Of a stretch of DNA of 36,146 bases, positions 9,298 to 20,044 are shown one piece after another (positions within the stretch are counted from its first letter, which is position 1; the number at the start of each line of letters is the position of its first letter). A program made the translations under genes and the position numbers. The stretch is from NCBI GenBank assembly GCA_018303825.1, contig JAGVXK010000010.1, positions 1-36,146 of the forward strand. The letters are read 5' to 3'. A model generated the notes under the pieces. That model saw only the letters and a program-made list of their open reading frames with translations. It was not told the DNA's origin and made no database searches. Source of the DNA: Candidatus Pacearchaeota archaeon (GTDB lineage Archaea > Nanobdellota > Nanobdellia > Pacearchaeales > GW2011-AR1).

Positions 9298-10800
9298 ATG
9301 GCTAATAGCGAAGAGGCTGTAATAAAAAAAAGAACTGATAAAGTGAAGAATTGGCTTAGAAATAAGAACCATATTATTCTCTTGGTAATTTTGATTCTTG
9401 CGATTTTTCTGCGATGGCACTACTTTGTTCAAACAAACACCCAGCCATTGTGGTACGATGAAGGAGATTATCTGTCAACAGCAAAATCCTGGGCTTATAA
9501 CATTCCATATGACTTAAATGAGCACCGTCCTCCCTTGTTCCAGTTTCTTGCAGCATTAGCATTCATGCTTAATCTTGGTGAGAACTTCATCCGTCTCTTT
9601 CTTGTCCTGCTCCCATCTGTCATTTTAGTTCTCTGTGTTTACTATCTTGGGAAAGAGATGTTCGATGAAAAAATTGCTCTCATTGCATCATTTTTCATGG
9701 CAGTTTCATGGACTCTTCTTTTTTGGACAACAAGAGTTCAACCAGACTTCTTCTCCCTCTCTTTTTCAGTCTTATCTTTCCTATTCATGTGGAAATATTG
9801 GAAGAATGAAAAGACAAAATTTGCAGTTTACGCTGGAATTTTTGCTGCATTAGGATTCCACTTTAAAGTCTCTGGGCTGTTGGTTCCAATTATCTTTATG
9901 GTCTTCATTTTCATAAAAGACAGATTTTTAGGATTTAAGAACAAAAATTATTATTATTTTGCAATTTCATTCCTTTTAGTCTTAGTTCCTTATTTCATTT
10001 GGAGTAAGCTTACATTTGGAACTTCGACTGCCTTCCGCTCAGGATATTCAAATGCAATTGTAAATGTCTCTCCATTTGCCTGGAAGGCCCTAGCTTATTT
10101 TAAAATATTAACTGATAATATTACTTTCATTCTCTTCATAATCGGTCTCGTGTTAGCACTAAAATTTGTCCTATATCTCGATGTTTTAGTAAAAGACAGA
10201 AAGAAATGCATTGAGGCAGACCTTTTTGCAGTTCTTTCGTTAATAATCATCTGGGCATTCTACATATTTTACATAAGAGGAATAGAAGATAGATGGGTCT
10301 TTTTAGGTTTGCCATTTATTTTCTTTCTAGTTGGCAGGGCATCAATGTTTATTTATAATTTTGTTAAGAAATATAATAAAGGCATAACTGCAGCAATAGT
10401 TATTGCGTTAATTCTCTTTGGAGGCTATCTTCAATATAAACAAGCAGACCCATTGATAAAGAGCAAATCTACAACATATCTTCCAGTCAAACAGGCAGCC
10501 CTATGGATGAAGGATAATTCTATCTCTGGAGACAAAATCCTCACGATTTCAACCACCCAGACATTTTATTATGCAGAAAGGCAGATACTTCTTTACTCTG
10601 AGATAAATGAGTCTGATTTCCTTCCATTTATAGATAAAGAAAAGCCCAAATTTCTTGAAGTGTCTGTATTCGAAGCTCATCCTTCCTGGATAAATGACTG
10701 GATAAACTCCAATGGTGACAGGTTGAAAATCGTCCAGGCTTATTTTGCTGACATCCAGAAGAAACAGCCAGTCCTGATAATTTATGAGATAAATTATTGA
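9298..10800 (+). CDS. GT-C fold membrane glycosyltransferase (ArnT/PMT_2, GT39/GT83-like)
   Basis: About 11 hydrophobic segments, WYDEGDY acidic first-loop motif, HRPPLF, soluble C-terminal domain. Confidence 0.78.
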   Translation: MANSEEAVIKKRTDKVKNWLRNKNHIILLVILILAIFLRWHYFVQTNTQPLWYDEGDYLSTAKSWAYNIPYDLNEHRPPLFQFLAALAFMLNLGENFIRLFLVLLPSVILVLCVYYLGKEMFDEKIALIASFFMAVSWTLLFWTTRVQPDFFSLSFSVLSFLFMWKYWKNEKTKFAVYAGIFAALGFHFKVSGLLVPIIFMVFIFIKDRFLGFKNKNYYYFAISFLLVLVPYFIWSKLTFGTSTAFRSGYSNAIVNVSPFAWKALAYFKILTDNITFILFIIGLVLALKFVLYLDVLVKDRKKCIEADLFAVLSLIIIWAFYIFYIRGIEDRWVFLGLPFIFFLVGRASMFIYNFVKKYNKGITAAIVIALILFGGYLQYKQADPLIKSKSTTYLPVKQAALWMKDNSISGDKILTISTTQTFYYAERQILLYSEINESDFLPFIDKEKPKFLEVSVFEAHPSWINDWINSNGDRLKIVQAYFADIQKKQPVLIIYEINY

Positions 10801-10852
10801 TATAGAATAGAGCACCATATTCTTTTTATACCATCTAAATATGAGATTTTTG

Positions 10853-11950
10853 ATGAAACTGGCAATTATTTTAGGAACAAGGCCAGAGATAATCAAGATG
10901 GCTCCTATCATAAGAGAATGTGAAAAGAGAAAGATGGATTATTTTGTCTTGCACACTGGGCAGCATTACTCGAAAGAGCTAGATGAACAAATTTTCCTAG
11001 ATTTAGAACTTCCAAAACCCAAGTACAACCTTGGTGTCGGCTCACAACCTTATAGAAAACAAGTCGGAATAATGACTCGGGAAATAGAAAAGATTTTTGA
11101 AAAGGAATTGCCAAATCTTGTCTTAGTGCAAGGAGATACAATTTCTGTTCTAGCGGGAGCATTAGCCGCAAAAAAGTTGAATATAAAAGTAGGTCATCAT
11201 GAAGCAGGATTAAGAAGTCATGATACTTCAATGCTTGAGGAAGTAAATAGAGTCATAGTAGATCATATATCAGACTTTTTATTTACTCCGACACCAGATG
11301 CGCTTAAGAATCTGCATCAGGAAGGCAAGGAGCCAAGCAGAATCTTCTTCACAGGAAATACAATAGTTGATGCATTAAATCAGAACATAGAAATAGCGAG
11401 AAATAAAAGCAAAATACTTGAAAAGTTAGGATTGAGATCTAAATCATATATTTTAGTAACTGCTCATAGGGCAGAGAATGTTGATAAGCCCGAAAAGTTA
11501 AAAGATATTATAAATGGACTTTCTTTAATATACAAGGAATTCGCAATTCCCTTAGTTTTCCCAATTCATCCTAGGACATTGGCAAGAATGAAAGAGAACA
11601 ACATAGAATCTCCTAAAGGACTATTTCTTTTAGAGCCAGTAGGCTTCCTTGATTTTCTAATTTTAGAGCAGAACGCAAAATTAGTGATAACAGATTCAGG
11701 TGGAGTTCAGGAAGAATGCTTTGTTTTGAAGGTTCCATGTGTTACAATAAGAGAAAATACTGAACGACCTGAGACAATCGAGTATGGAATGAATATTCTT
11801 GCGGGAACAAATCCAGATAAAATGCTTCTTGCAGCTAAGGAAATGTTCAGTAAAAGCATAAATCCAGGTTCAAATGGATGGGAAAATCCATTTGGAGACG
11901 GAAAAGCCGCAGAAAGAATTCTCGATATTCTCATGGAAAAGACAAAGTAA
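10853..11950 (+). CDS. wecB: UDP-N-acetylglucosamine 2-epimerase (non-hydrolysing)
   Basis: GTRPEIIK, HTGQHY, VQGDT, HEAGLRS, TAHRAEN, TDSGGVQEE, RENTERPE, NPFGDG. Confidence 0.95.
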   Translation: MKLAIILGTRPEIIKMAPIIRECEKRKMDYFVLHTGQHYSKELDEQIFLDLELPKPKYNLGVGSQPYRKQVGIMTREIEKIFEKELPNLVLVQGDTISVLAGALAAKKLNIKVGHHEAGLRSHDTSMLEEVNRVIVDHISDFLFTPTPDALKNLHQEGKEPSRIFFTGNTIVDALNQNIEIARNKSKILEKLGLRSKSYILVTAHRAENVDKPEKLKDIINGLSLIYKEFAIPLVFPIHPRTLARMKENNIESPKGLFLLEPVGFLDFLILEQNAKLVITDSGGVQEECFVLKVPCVTIRENTERPETIEYGMNILAGTNPDKMLLAAKEMFSKSINPGSNGWENPFGDGKAAERILDILMEKTK

Positions 11951-12065
11951 GAGTCAAAATAAACATATTGATTAATATTAGATATATATTACCAATGATA
12001 AATATGCTTTAACATCACTATATTACTTGCATATTTATAACAGCAACTATTTTATTTATTATTTA

Positions 12066-13232
12066 CTATTTTTTTGTATATTCATCAGTCTTATTTATAA
12101 AACTCTTATATTGCTCATCTTCAGTAAATTTCTTCACAGATTCAATTATTCTTTTCTTGTTCTTTTTCTTGAAACCTTCGTCCAGAATCTTCTTCACTTT
12201 TTCTGTAAAATCATCAAGATTATATGGTTTAGCAAGATAACCATTGACTTTATCGATGACATATTCATTTGGTCCTGCATCGTCATTCCAGGCAACAACT
12301 GGAGTCCCGCATGCCATGGCTTCAATTGGGACAAGCCCGAATGCTTCTTCCTGAGAAGCAAACAAGAATGCCTCGCTCTTTGAATATAAATCGACTAATT
12401 CAACCTGTGTTACAAGCCCAATTAATTTTAATTTATCTTTAACTTTAAATTTTTCAGCAGTATCTAGCAATTTCTGTTTATATTTTTCTTCTATCTGCCC
12501 GGCAATGACAAAATCCAAATCTTTGTTATTTAATTTTGCAAAAACTTCAACAAGCCAGTCTTGTTTCTTGTCCGGGACAATCCTTCCTGCCGTAAGAATG
12601 AATTTTTTGTTTACATTATATTTCTTCAATGTCTTTTCAGGGCTTTTTGCAGGCTTAAAGACAGAATTCAACGGAGGATATGATATAATTGAATCAACAT
12701 TGTATCTTTCTCTTATTTCTTTTCTTGTAAAGTCGCTGTTTGCGATAACTAATTTGTTTTTAATCCATTTTTTGTCAAGCATTCTTAAAATTGGCGCTAA
12801 AAATAGGCTGAAAAAGAAAGTTGCCTTTCTTTTTCCGTCATTTGCCCATTCCCACCTTTTCTTTAATGGAAAATAAATGAACTCCATTGGAAGATAATAG
12901 AATGCCTTCTTGCATTTTATTTTCCTTGATGTGAAAATAGACGGAAATGAATATGCAATTACTAGGTCATATTGATTTTTTCTTTTTTCCAAATCATTAA
13001 ATCCAATCAATCCGGAAAATACCTGGAATGGTTCGCCTCCAGATTTGAATTTGCATGTTTGTTCAATCTTCAGTCCTTTAAGAAAAGCATACTCCGCAGT
13101 CTTTTGATTCACATAATTAAATAAAAGAGTAACATCATGTCCTGCTCGGGTAAGCCAGTTTGCATGGGTTCCCATTACTCTTTCTACGCCGCCAACTTCG
13201 CTTAGATAATCATATATTAATGCTATTTTCAT
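12066..13232 (-). CDS. Glycosyltransferase family 4
   Basis: GGVERV, AGRIVPDKK, EEAFGLVPIEAMACGTPVV, DKVNGYL. Confidence 0.9.
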   Translation of the reverse strand: MKIALIYDYLSEVGGVERVMGTHANWLTRAGHDVTLLFNYVNQKTAEYAFLKGLKIEQTCKFKSGGEPFQVFSGLIGFNDLEKRKNQYDLVIAYSFPSIFTSRKIKCKKAFYYLPMEFIYFPLKKRWEWANDGKRKATFFFSLFLAPILRMLDKKWIKNKLVIANSDFTRKEIRERYNVDSIISYPPLNSVFKPAKSPEKTLKKYNVNKKFILTAGRIVPDKKQDWLVEVFAKLNNKDLDFVIAGQIEEKYKQKLLDTAEKFKVKDKLKLIGLVTQVELVDLYSKSEAFLFASQEEAFGLVPIEAMACGTPVVAWNDDAGPNEYVIDKVNGYLAKPYNLDDFTEKVKKILDEGFKKKNKKRIIESVKKFTEDEQYKSFINKTDEYTKK

Positions 13233-13251
13233 TTTCTTGTTTTATTCTTAG

Positions 13252-14202
13252 TTATCTCTTAACTCTAAGAGTCCAGCCCTCCTTTGTATTAAATTTTTTC
13301 ATATTTGAATATATTGTCGCAATTCCTGTCAGGAAAATCCAGAATATCATCATGAATCCCACATTGATGCCAAGTTTCCATGAATTTTTCAGGATATATA
13401 AAATCGCAGAGAGATAATATTTTTCTTTTATATTGTGCTCATCTTTTATCTGCTCTCTTGCTCTTGCTGTTCTTATTTTCTGTTTAAATAAATCTCTTAT
13501 TGAAACCTCATTGTAAACAGGAGCCATTTTTGGATTATATCTCTCTTCCGATATCACAACATCATAATCTTGGGAGATTATATCTTTTGTTCTTTCAAAA
13601 TCATCGCTTAGTGATGTGTTCTCCTTATAAAGTTTTTTTCTGAATATATTTGTTATGAACAAGGCGGGCTCTTTTACATATAAAAGGCCTTTTCTTCTTT
13701 CCGCAAACTTCTTTTTTTGGAATTTATACCATAAATATGAGCTATACGCAACCATCCTATATCCGAGATTTGAATTTTTCATTATATCCTCTTCCCATTC
13801 TAATGGGAGAGATTCGGAAATTCCCCCCATCTTTGGATTATCAAATAATGCAATGAATTTTTCCAAGCTTTCCCTGTCTTTTGTCTTGAAAATCCAGTCG
13901 GCATCATTTATTATTATGATTTCTCCCTTTGCCTTTTTGATAATGCTGTTTATTACTGCATTCTTTCCCTGTCTCAAATTCATGATATAATATTTGAATT
14001 TCTTGTTTTCCATGCAAAAATCTCTCACTATTTCTACTGTCCTGTCTGTGCACCCATCAAGCCCAATAAGAACCTCATAATCTTTATACGGCAGCCTTAG
14101 CAGATTGTCTAATGTCTTTGCTATTATTTTTTCTTCATTATGTGCAGCAATAAGAAAAGATATTTTTCTTTGTTTCATTTTGGCTTTCATCTTAATTTCC
14201 AC
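13252..14202 (-). CDS. Glycosyltransferase family 2 (start could be a downstream ATG)
   Basis: IAAHNEE, LDGCTDRT, GKNAVIN, INDAD, SDDF, Q..R.AR motifs and a C-terminal hydrophobic segment. Confidence 0.85.
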   Translation of the reverse strand: MEIKMKAKMKQRKISFLIAAHNEEKIIAKTLDNLLRLPYKDYEVLIGLDGCTDRTVEIVRDFCMENKKFKYYIMNLRQGKNAVINSIIKKAKGEIIIINDADWIFKTKDRESLEKFIALFDNPKMGGISESLPLEWEEDIMKNSNLGYRMVAYSSYLWYKFQKKKFAERRKGLLYVKEPALFITNIFRKKLYKENTSLSDDFERTKDIISQDYDVVISEERYNPKMAPVYNEVSIRDLFKQKIRTARAREQIKDEHNIKEKYYLSAILYILKNSWKLGINVGFMMIFWIFLTGIATIYSNMKKFNTKEGWTLRVKR

Positions 14203-14969
14203 ACCCTATTAAGCATCTTGTCATATATTCTCGTCATTGACTTAAATGGAGAATTTAATAATCTTAATCTAAGAATTCCTAGGGCCATCCATGGCCCTGC
14301 CCTCATGAAATTTATTTTTGCATGAGTTTTATCGCTCCATTTTGTAGGAATTTCCTCAACATGAAGACCTTCTTTTCTCATTGAATATATTAAATCAACA
14401 TCAAAAGCCCATTTTGACATTGTTAATTTTCTTAATGTTCTCTCAAGGGCATTTCTTTTAAACAGTTTTGCCCCGCATTGTGTGTCTCTATAAGGCATCA
14501 TTAACAAAGCCCTGATGTATGCATTGAAAATTCTCGATACCACGATTCTTGCAAGTGTTTGTTTAGGTTCTACTATTGATTTTTTAAGATACCTGCTTGC
14601 AATGACTCCATCATATTTGCTTATTTTAACTATTAAGTCATAAAATGCCTCTGGTTTTGTTGAACAGTCAGCATCAACGAACCCAATAAGGTTATTATCT
14701 CTCTTTAATGCATCCTTAAATCCTTCTATAACTGCATAACCTTTTCCTCCTTTAGTTAAATCAAGATATCTTATGTTTTTATTCTTCTTTGCATAGCTCT
14801 TAACGATTTCAAGGGTCCTATCAGTCGTATTGTTGATAACAATCAAGATTTCATAGTCAATTTCCCCAATCTTGTTCAGAAACTCAAAGTAAGGAGAGTA
14901 TAATTCCAGAGTGTGCCCTATCCTTTTTTCCTCATTATAGGCAGGAACGATTATCGACACTTTTTTCAT
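14187..14969 (-). CDS. GT2 dolichol/polyprenol-phosphate hexosyltransferase (DPM1/ALG5-like)
   Basis: IVPAYNEEKRI, GGKGYAV, FVDAD, IASRY, DTQCGAKLF, WAFDVDL, EIPTKW. Confidence 0.88.
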   Translation of the reverse strand: MKKVSIIVPAYNEEKRIGHTLELYSPYFEFLNKIGEIDYEILIVINNTTDRTLEIVKSYAKKNKNIRYLDLTKGGKGYAVIEGFKDALKRDNNLIGFVDADCSTKPEAFYDLIVKISKYDGVIASRYLKKSIVEPKQTLARIVVSRIFNAYIRALLMMPYRDTQCGAKLFKRNALERTLRKLTMSKWAFDVDLIYSMRKEGLHVEEIPTKWSDKTHAKINFMRAGPWMALGILRLRLLNSPFKSMTRIYDKMLNRVWKLR

Positions 14970-14999
14970 GTTTAGCTAAACTTATACCTCTTTTAAAAG

Positions 15000-16235
15000 T
15001 TATTTGTTCAGCAGAATAATAGACCCAAATAGGAAAAGAGCGCTAGATGTCAATAGGGCTAAAGAAAACTGCATAATATTTGAATGATATACTAAAAATA
15101 AGACAATCTGGATTAATGCAAAGAATAAGAAATAGAAGGATTCTTTCTTATTAATTTTATATCTTGATAGGCTATAGAGGACAATAATGTATGAAATAGA
15201 AAGAAGGCTAAATGCAAGGCCAATTATAAATAAAACACCTGATGCTCCAAGATATTTATCAGAGCCGAGAGATAATATTTTTATGATAAACTCTGGAAAT
15301 ATAAAGTATAAAATTAGAGCTATAGCAGAAATTAATGAAACAAAAATTATTGATTTCTTAAATATATTTCTTGTGTTTGTGCCCTTTTCAAATTTTTCAG
15401 AAGCCAATGGAAACATAGCCTTCCCAACAGAAATATTTGAAAATATTATTGCTTTTCCAATCAAAGAGACAAACGCATATTGGCCTGCAATTTCAGGGCT
15501 AAAAAGAATTCTCGCAAATAATATGTCTAAGCTGTACATAAGCACTATGGCGGTCATGATAACAAGCCCAGGGATATTGTAATTGTAAATTCCAGCATAT
15601 CTTTGGCCTATTCTCTTGGCTACAGTAATATGTTTTATAAAAATGAAAGAAAAGAGATATCCTGCAATTGCTCCGACTAAGACGCCTAAAATTCCGCCAT
15701 AAACTCTAAGCCCAATAAGAACAAATCCAACTCCAAAAATTAACCTGACTAACGTTTCAAGAACAAGATTATATCCAAGAACAGCAAACTTCTTATCTCC
15801 CTGCAATATTCCTCTTGTGATTGGCGAAAGGAATGATGTGAATATCAATGTTCCAGTCAGCAAGATAATAAGAAAATTTATTTTTAGCAGGTTAGAGAGA
15901 AAGATTCCAACGATTAGGAATGAAATAAATATTAAAACAGAGAAAGAGACTGCCTTGCCTGTGCTTTTCAAGAGAAGGTCTTTTGTTTTTCCAAATTCTT
16001 TTTTTACATTAAATTTGCTCGTATATCTTGAAATAACTGTTTGAATTGCCTCACTTGGAATGGCAATAATGTAAATTAATGTCATCATTGCAGCAAAAAC
16101 CCCGTAATCAGCAAGACTCAGCATCTTTGCCATGGCTATTTGAAATAAATAATTAATGAGATTAAACAAGCCAAACAGAAGAATTAGAATAATACTTCCC
16201 TTAATAAATTCGTCTTTTAGGTTAAAATTTTTCAT
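15000..16235 (-). CDS. Oligosaccharide flippase (Wzx/MOP family)
   Basis: About 12 TM segments, MLSLADYGVF, RGILQG..KF, YSLDILFAR...AGQY, MFP. Confidence 0.85.
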   Translation of the reverse strand: MKNFNLKDEFIKGSIILILLFGLFNLINYLFQIAMAKMLSLADYGVFAAMMTLIYIIAIPSEAIQTVISRYTSKFNVKKEFGKTKDLLLKSTGKAVSFSVLIFISFLIVGIFLSNLLKINFLIILLTGTLIFTSFLSPITRGILQGDKKFAVLGYNLVLETLVRLIFGVGFVLIGLRVYGGILGVLVGAIAGYLFSFIFIKHITVAKRIGQRYAGIYNYNIPGLVIMTAIVLMYSLDILFARILFSPEIAGQYAFVSLIGKAIIFSNISVGKAMFPLASEKFEKGTNTRNIFKKSIIFVSLISAIALILYFIFPEFIIKILSLGSDKYLGASGVLFIIGLAFSLLSISYIIVLYSLSRYKINKKESFYFLFFALIQIVLFLVYHSNIMQFSLALLTSSALFLFGSIILLNK

Positions 16236-17255
16236 TTATCCCCCAAATATCCCGGCTTTAAATATCAAAAATCCAATCAAGATTATTATCATTTGGAATG
16301 CCCAGATTGAATAAACCACTCTTCTTTCTGTTGGTTTGATATTCATTTTTTGCATAATCCATATAGAAACATGCGTTAATCCGTATAGCTTGTTATATTT
16401 TAATGAAAGAGAGCCGTCTTTTTCCGGTTTTCCGAAACTCTGTTTCAATAGCTTTCCTCTTGATTTCAATGCAAATTCGATTATGTATGGAACAAAGAAG
16501 AATATTGCTATTTTTTCAAAGTTTCCAAGTATGGCCATTATCGCTATCAATCCTCCGACAGGATAAGTCAGAACATCTCCCGGGAATGTGCTTGCAGGAG
16601 CAAAATTATAAACAAGAAAGGCCAGAAGTGCAAGAACCATGCATAATCCTGCTATTGACAGCCACGAATTTCCGGTAAAAAAGGCGACAATGCTTAGTGC
16701 AAAAAGAATTATTGCCCCCTGTCCTGCTTCCAAGCCGTTAAATCCTGCAAGAAAGTTGAACGTTGTAGTCGCTCCAATAATTCCAATAGGTATCAGTATC
16801 AAAGGATAAATAAGTCCAAGATTAAATGAACCAATAAACGGAAGCGCAATATTCCCATTTCCAGCATTTATTACTATTAAGGGTATAGAAGAAATTGCAA
16901 CAAGGATTATCCTTGATCTTCTGGATAATCCTCCATGCTGCCATCCTAACAGGTCATCAATCAAACCAATTCCAGCGAGCATAAGCACAACAACAAGAGC
17001 AGAAATTAATTCTATTAGAAATGAAGAAGATTTAAGATAAAATACCCTGTAAGCAATAAAAATAAGCACTCCGATAATAAAAGCCAGCACAGGAATAATG
17101 CCTCCTGAACCTGCAACTTTATCTGATTTTAACTTATTCATATCATCCCATAAAAGCCCAATCTGTTTTGCCTTTCTTATCCACAATGGAATAAGGAACA
17201 AGCTAATGAAAAAGCTCACCATTATCGGCAAAGTCAGAATTTTATCTATTATCAT
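16236..17255 (-). CDS. aglH: UDP-GlcNAc:dolichol-phosphate GlcNAc-1-phosphate transferase (AglH/GPT, MraY-like GT4 Pfam family)
   Basis: GLIDDLL, NFLAGFNGLEAG, FPGDVLTY. Start placed at ATG 17255, behind a GAGGTGA SD-like motif (17258-17264) that overlaps the aglB stop. Confidence 0.82.
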   Translation of the reverse strand: MIIDKILTLPIMVSFFISLFLIPLWIRKAKQIGLLWDDMNKLKSDKVAGSGGIIPVLAFIIGVLIFIAYRVFYLKSSSFLIELISALVVVLMLAGIGLIDDLLGWQHGGLSRRSRIILVAISSIPLIVINAGNGNIALPFIGSFNLGLIYPLILIPIGIIGATTTFNFLAGFNGLEAGQGAIILFALSIVAFFTGNSWLSIAGLCMVLALLAFLVYNFAPASTFPGDVLTYPVGGLIAIMAILGNFEKIAIFFFVPYIIEFALKSRGKLLKQSFGKPEKDGSLSLKYNKLYGLTHVSIWIMQKMNIKPTERRVVYSIWAFQMIIILIGFLIFKAGIFGG

Positions 17256-17257
17256 TT

Positions 17258-20044
17258 TCACCTCGCTATAGTCAGATTCACATCGGGATATTCTAGCAGT
17301 AAATATTCCTGTTTTATCTGCATTCCAGAAGGATATTTAATTTCCCATATTCTCATCGGCCCTCTGAATCCCTGATAGTAAACAAAATCCATTCCAGCAG
17401 GAAGGGCATTCTGTGCTTTCATTGATGCGACAAGGAAATCATCTTCAGTATGCACCAGTTTGAAATAATCATCATTTGTTTTATACAAATACAATCTTGC
17501 AAGCTGCGAGTTGACTGTCTTATCGCTTAGATACAGCATTGCCCCGCTTCGGTCAATCCTACTTTCCCTGTCATTCTGTATTAATTCAGGATAGATAAAT
17601 ACACCGTGTCCAATTCCAGAGCCAAAATCATAGAACTTTCCATTGTCATAAGCATATCTCATAGGTATTCTATATTGCTGGTTTTGATAAACAAAAATAG
17701 CAATTGGCTGTCCTATCACTCCGCTTGAATCTCTTGCTATTACCACTGCTCCGACTCCTGATTTTCCTCCTGGAAGATAAATTTTGCTGTCATTTGATTC
17801 ATATACCACATCATTCCACCTTTCCAAACTAAATCCTCCGGTGTAAAGAGAAACAGTTGAGTTCTTTTGTTCAACTGTCTGCTTCTCATCTTTTAGGAAA
17901 CTTGGAACATAACTCGCCCTGTCATAATTTACATCACTTCCGATGCTGGAGAATGCTCCATACTTTCCTATATCTGTAGAATCAATCAGAAAGTGAGTTG
18001 TTTTATGCGCATATAAGAATTCTGCAGCTTCATAACTACTGGTTCCGGTAAGAGCATACCTTCCCATCAAATGGTCCCAATAAGGTATTGAGTTTCCCCC
18101 ATCTAATACTGTTGCCCTCTCTCCAATAGACTGCAGCCAGTATCCATAATCCCACCAGTGTCCGAACACCGCATTCTCATTTGTGTTAGTCCTGACCCAA
18201 GCCATTGCTTTCTGCCATTGCTGAGTATATGAATATGGCCCATAGTTCTTGGCAGTTCCAGCACTCTGCTGATAGAAGTAATATGCAGAGAATATGCTTG
18301 CAGCCAAAACAAGGGCAAATATTATCCATAGCATAAGTTTCCTGCCTTCATCCCTGCTCTTTGCATCCTCTTTCGTTCCTTTTGCATCACTGAACAATGA
18401 AACTATGAAATAAGCAACAATGATGGATGTCGGAGGAACTAACATCATAACGACTCTTACCGCCCCCCTTGCAGATATCACAGAAAGGAAGAACAGTGAG
18501 AATAGTAATATCAGGCCAAAGTTAATTTCTTTTAGTTTTTCTTGCTCACTTCTCTTAAATGTCTGGTAATAGTAGTATCCAAATGTTCCGACAAGAGCCA
18601 GAACTCCAATTATGTACAATCCTATGCTTGCAAGGTTAGTTCCGTTGAATATGCTGTCTCCCGAGTATCTGCTGAATACAATCGCAAACAAGAATATGAT
18701 ATAGCTGATTGTAAGATAAATTTTCTCTTTCTTTTGGAATACACTAATCATATGGTTATATAAGTAAACAGAGCCGATGAAGAACAGCCAGAAGAAAATA
18801 GGGATTTTTCCTATGTATGGACCAAAGCTATCCGTCCACTCCTTGAAGTATGGCTGCCTGTTTTCCGCAACAGTAATACCGATTCTGTCTGCAACAGGAG
18901 TTATCAATAAATGAGTTATATCATCAATCTTGTCAATTATATATCTTGGACCAAATATTATTGTGATTAAAATAGCTCCGAGAACAGCTGTAACAATCAA
19001 AGAGATTATTGGCTTAGGAATTTTTGCCCATTTTGGACCATCAAAATACTTTTTTAGTTTAGTATTAAATATCGCATAGTCGACAATTATTACAGCAAAA
19101 ATTACCAACGGGAATAATGTAGTTGTGGAATTAAGCAGAGCACTTATAGAATACCTTTCTGACAATAATCCTGTTACAAGAAAGAATGAGAAAAGCCATA
19201 AAGCAAAAACATAAATTTTATTCTTACTAATTTGCCCTATGAACAAGCCGATTATCGCTGCAAAGGAAACAGTCAATGGAATATAAGTGAATCCGCCCCA
19301 GACAAATGCCATTCCTGCTGTTGATAATCCTGCAAGTATTGCAAAAGGAATCTCCCCTTTCAATGACTTTGACTTCCAAGCTTTTACAAAAAGATAGAAT
19401 GTGAGGAACATGAAGAAGAATCCAGACGCCTCTTTCTCCGGAATTCCCGCTATTGTTCTTGGAAGAATTACTGGTAAAACCGACAGGAACAAAGATGAAA
19501 TCAATGCAATTATCCCGGATTTCGCCTCCCCTTGGCTGTCAAGGAATATCTCTCTTACAAAAAAGAAAAATGCAATAACTGTAAGAGCAAAAATGAAAAC
19601 AGGATATAATACTGCAGACTGCTCAACACTTCCACTTATTCCAATGGCACTTGCCAGTTTATGGAACCAGGCAATCAAATAAGGATGCAAAAGAACTTCT
19701 CTTCCAGTGTTGAATCCATTTGGAGAATATCTCATTGCATCTATCGCGGCCAAGCTCCCATTCTTCACAATCTCCTTCGCCCATCTCAGGAATAAGAAAG
19801 GATCCAGGTCAGGGCCAAGAGTCCAACCCCCTGTTGTAATATCTTTAAGTATTGGCAGATTCCTTGTCCTGATATAAACAGACAGCCAGACAACAATTGC
19901 AAGCCCTATGTAAGTGAGCCATTCATATTTTTTCTTAACAAAATTAATAACTTCTTTTCCCCTTTCCTCAACAAGCTTTTCCTCCTCTTTCTCGCTCTTC
20001 TTCTCGCTTGCAGCGTCAACTTTCCCACCAGCCATCTCAACCAT
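17258..20044 (-). CDS. aglB: Oligosaccharyltransferase AglB (STT3 family)
   Basis: DLDPFLFLR, EKEA, TVAEN, WWDYGYW, DGGN, DxxK motif (DIGKY); multi-TM N-terminus with a soluble C-terminal domain. Start is ATG 20044 or 20035. Confidence 0.96.
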   Translation of the reverse strand: MVEMAGGKVDAASEKKSEKEEEKLVEERGKEVINFVKKKYEWLTYIGLAIVVWLSVYIRTRNLPILKDITTGGWTLGPDLDPFLFLRWAKEIVKNGSLAAIDAMRYSPNGFNTGREVLLHPYLIAWFHKLASAIGISGSVEQSAVLYPVFIFALTVIAFFFFVREIFLDSQGEAKSGIIALISSLFLSVLPVILPRTIAGIPEKEASGFFFMFLTFYLFVKAWKSKSLKGEIPFAILAGLSTAGMAFVWGGFTYIPLTVSFAAIIGLFIGQISKNKIYVFALWLFSFFLVTGLLSERYSISALLNSTTTLFPLVIFAVIIVDYAIFNTKLKKYFDGPKWAKIPKPIISLIVTAVLGAILITIIFGPRYIIDKIDDITHLLITPVADRIGITVAENRQPYFKEWTDSFGPYIGKIPIFFWLFFIGSVYLYNHMISVFQKKEKIYLTISYIIFLFAIVFSRYSGDSIFNGTNLASIGLYIIGVLALVGTFGYYYYQTFKRSEQEKLKEINFGLILLFSLFFLSVISARGAVRVVMMLVPPTSIIVAYFIVSLFSDAKGTKEDAKSRDEGRKLMLWIIFALVLAASIFSAYYFYQQSAGTAKNYGPYSYTQQWQKAMAWVRTNTNENAVFGHWWDYGYWLQSIGERATVLDGGNSIPYWDHLMGRYALTGTSSYEAAEFLYAHKTTHFLIDSTDIGKYGAFSSIGSDVNYDRASYVPSFLKDEKQTVEQKNSTVSLYTGGFSLERWNDVVYESNDSKIYLPGGKSGVGAVVIARDSSGVIGQPIAIFVYQNQQYRIPMRYAYDNGKFYDFGSGIGHGVFIYPELIQNDRESRIDRSGAMLYLSDKTVNSQLARLYLYKTNDDYFKLVHTEDDFLVASMKAQNALPAGMDFVYYQGFRGPMRIWEIKYPSGMQIKQEYLLLEYPDVNLTIAR

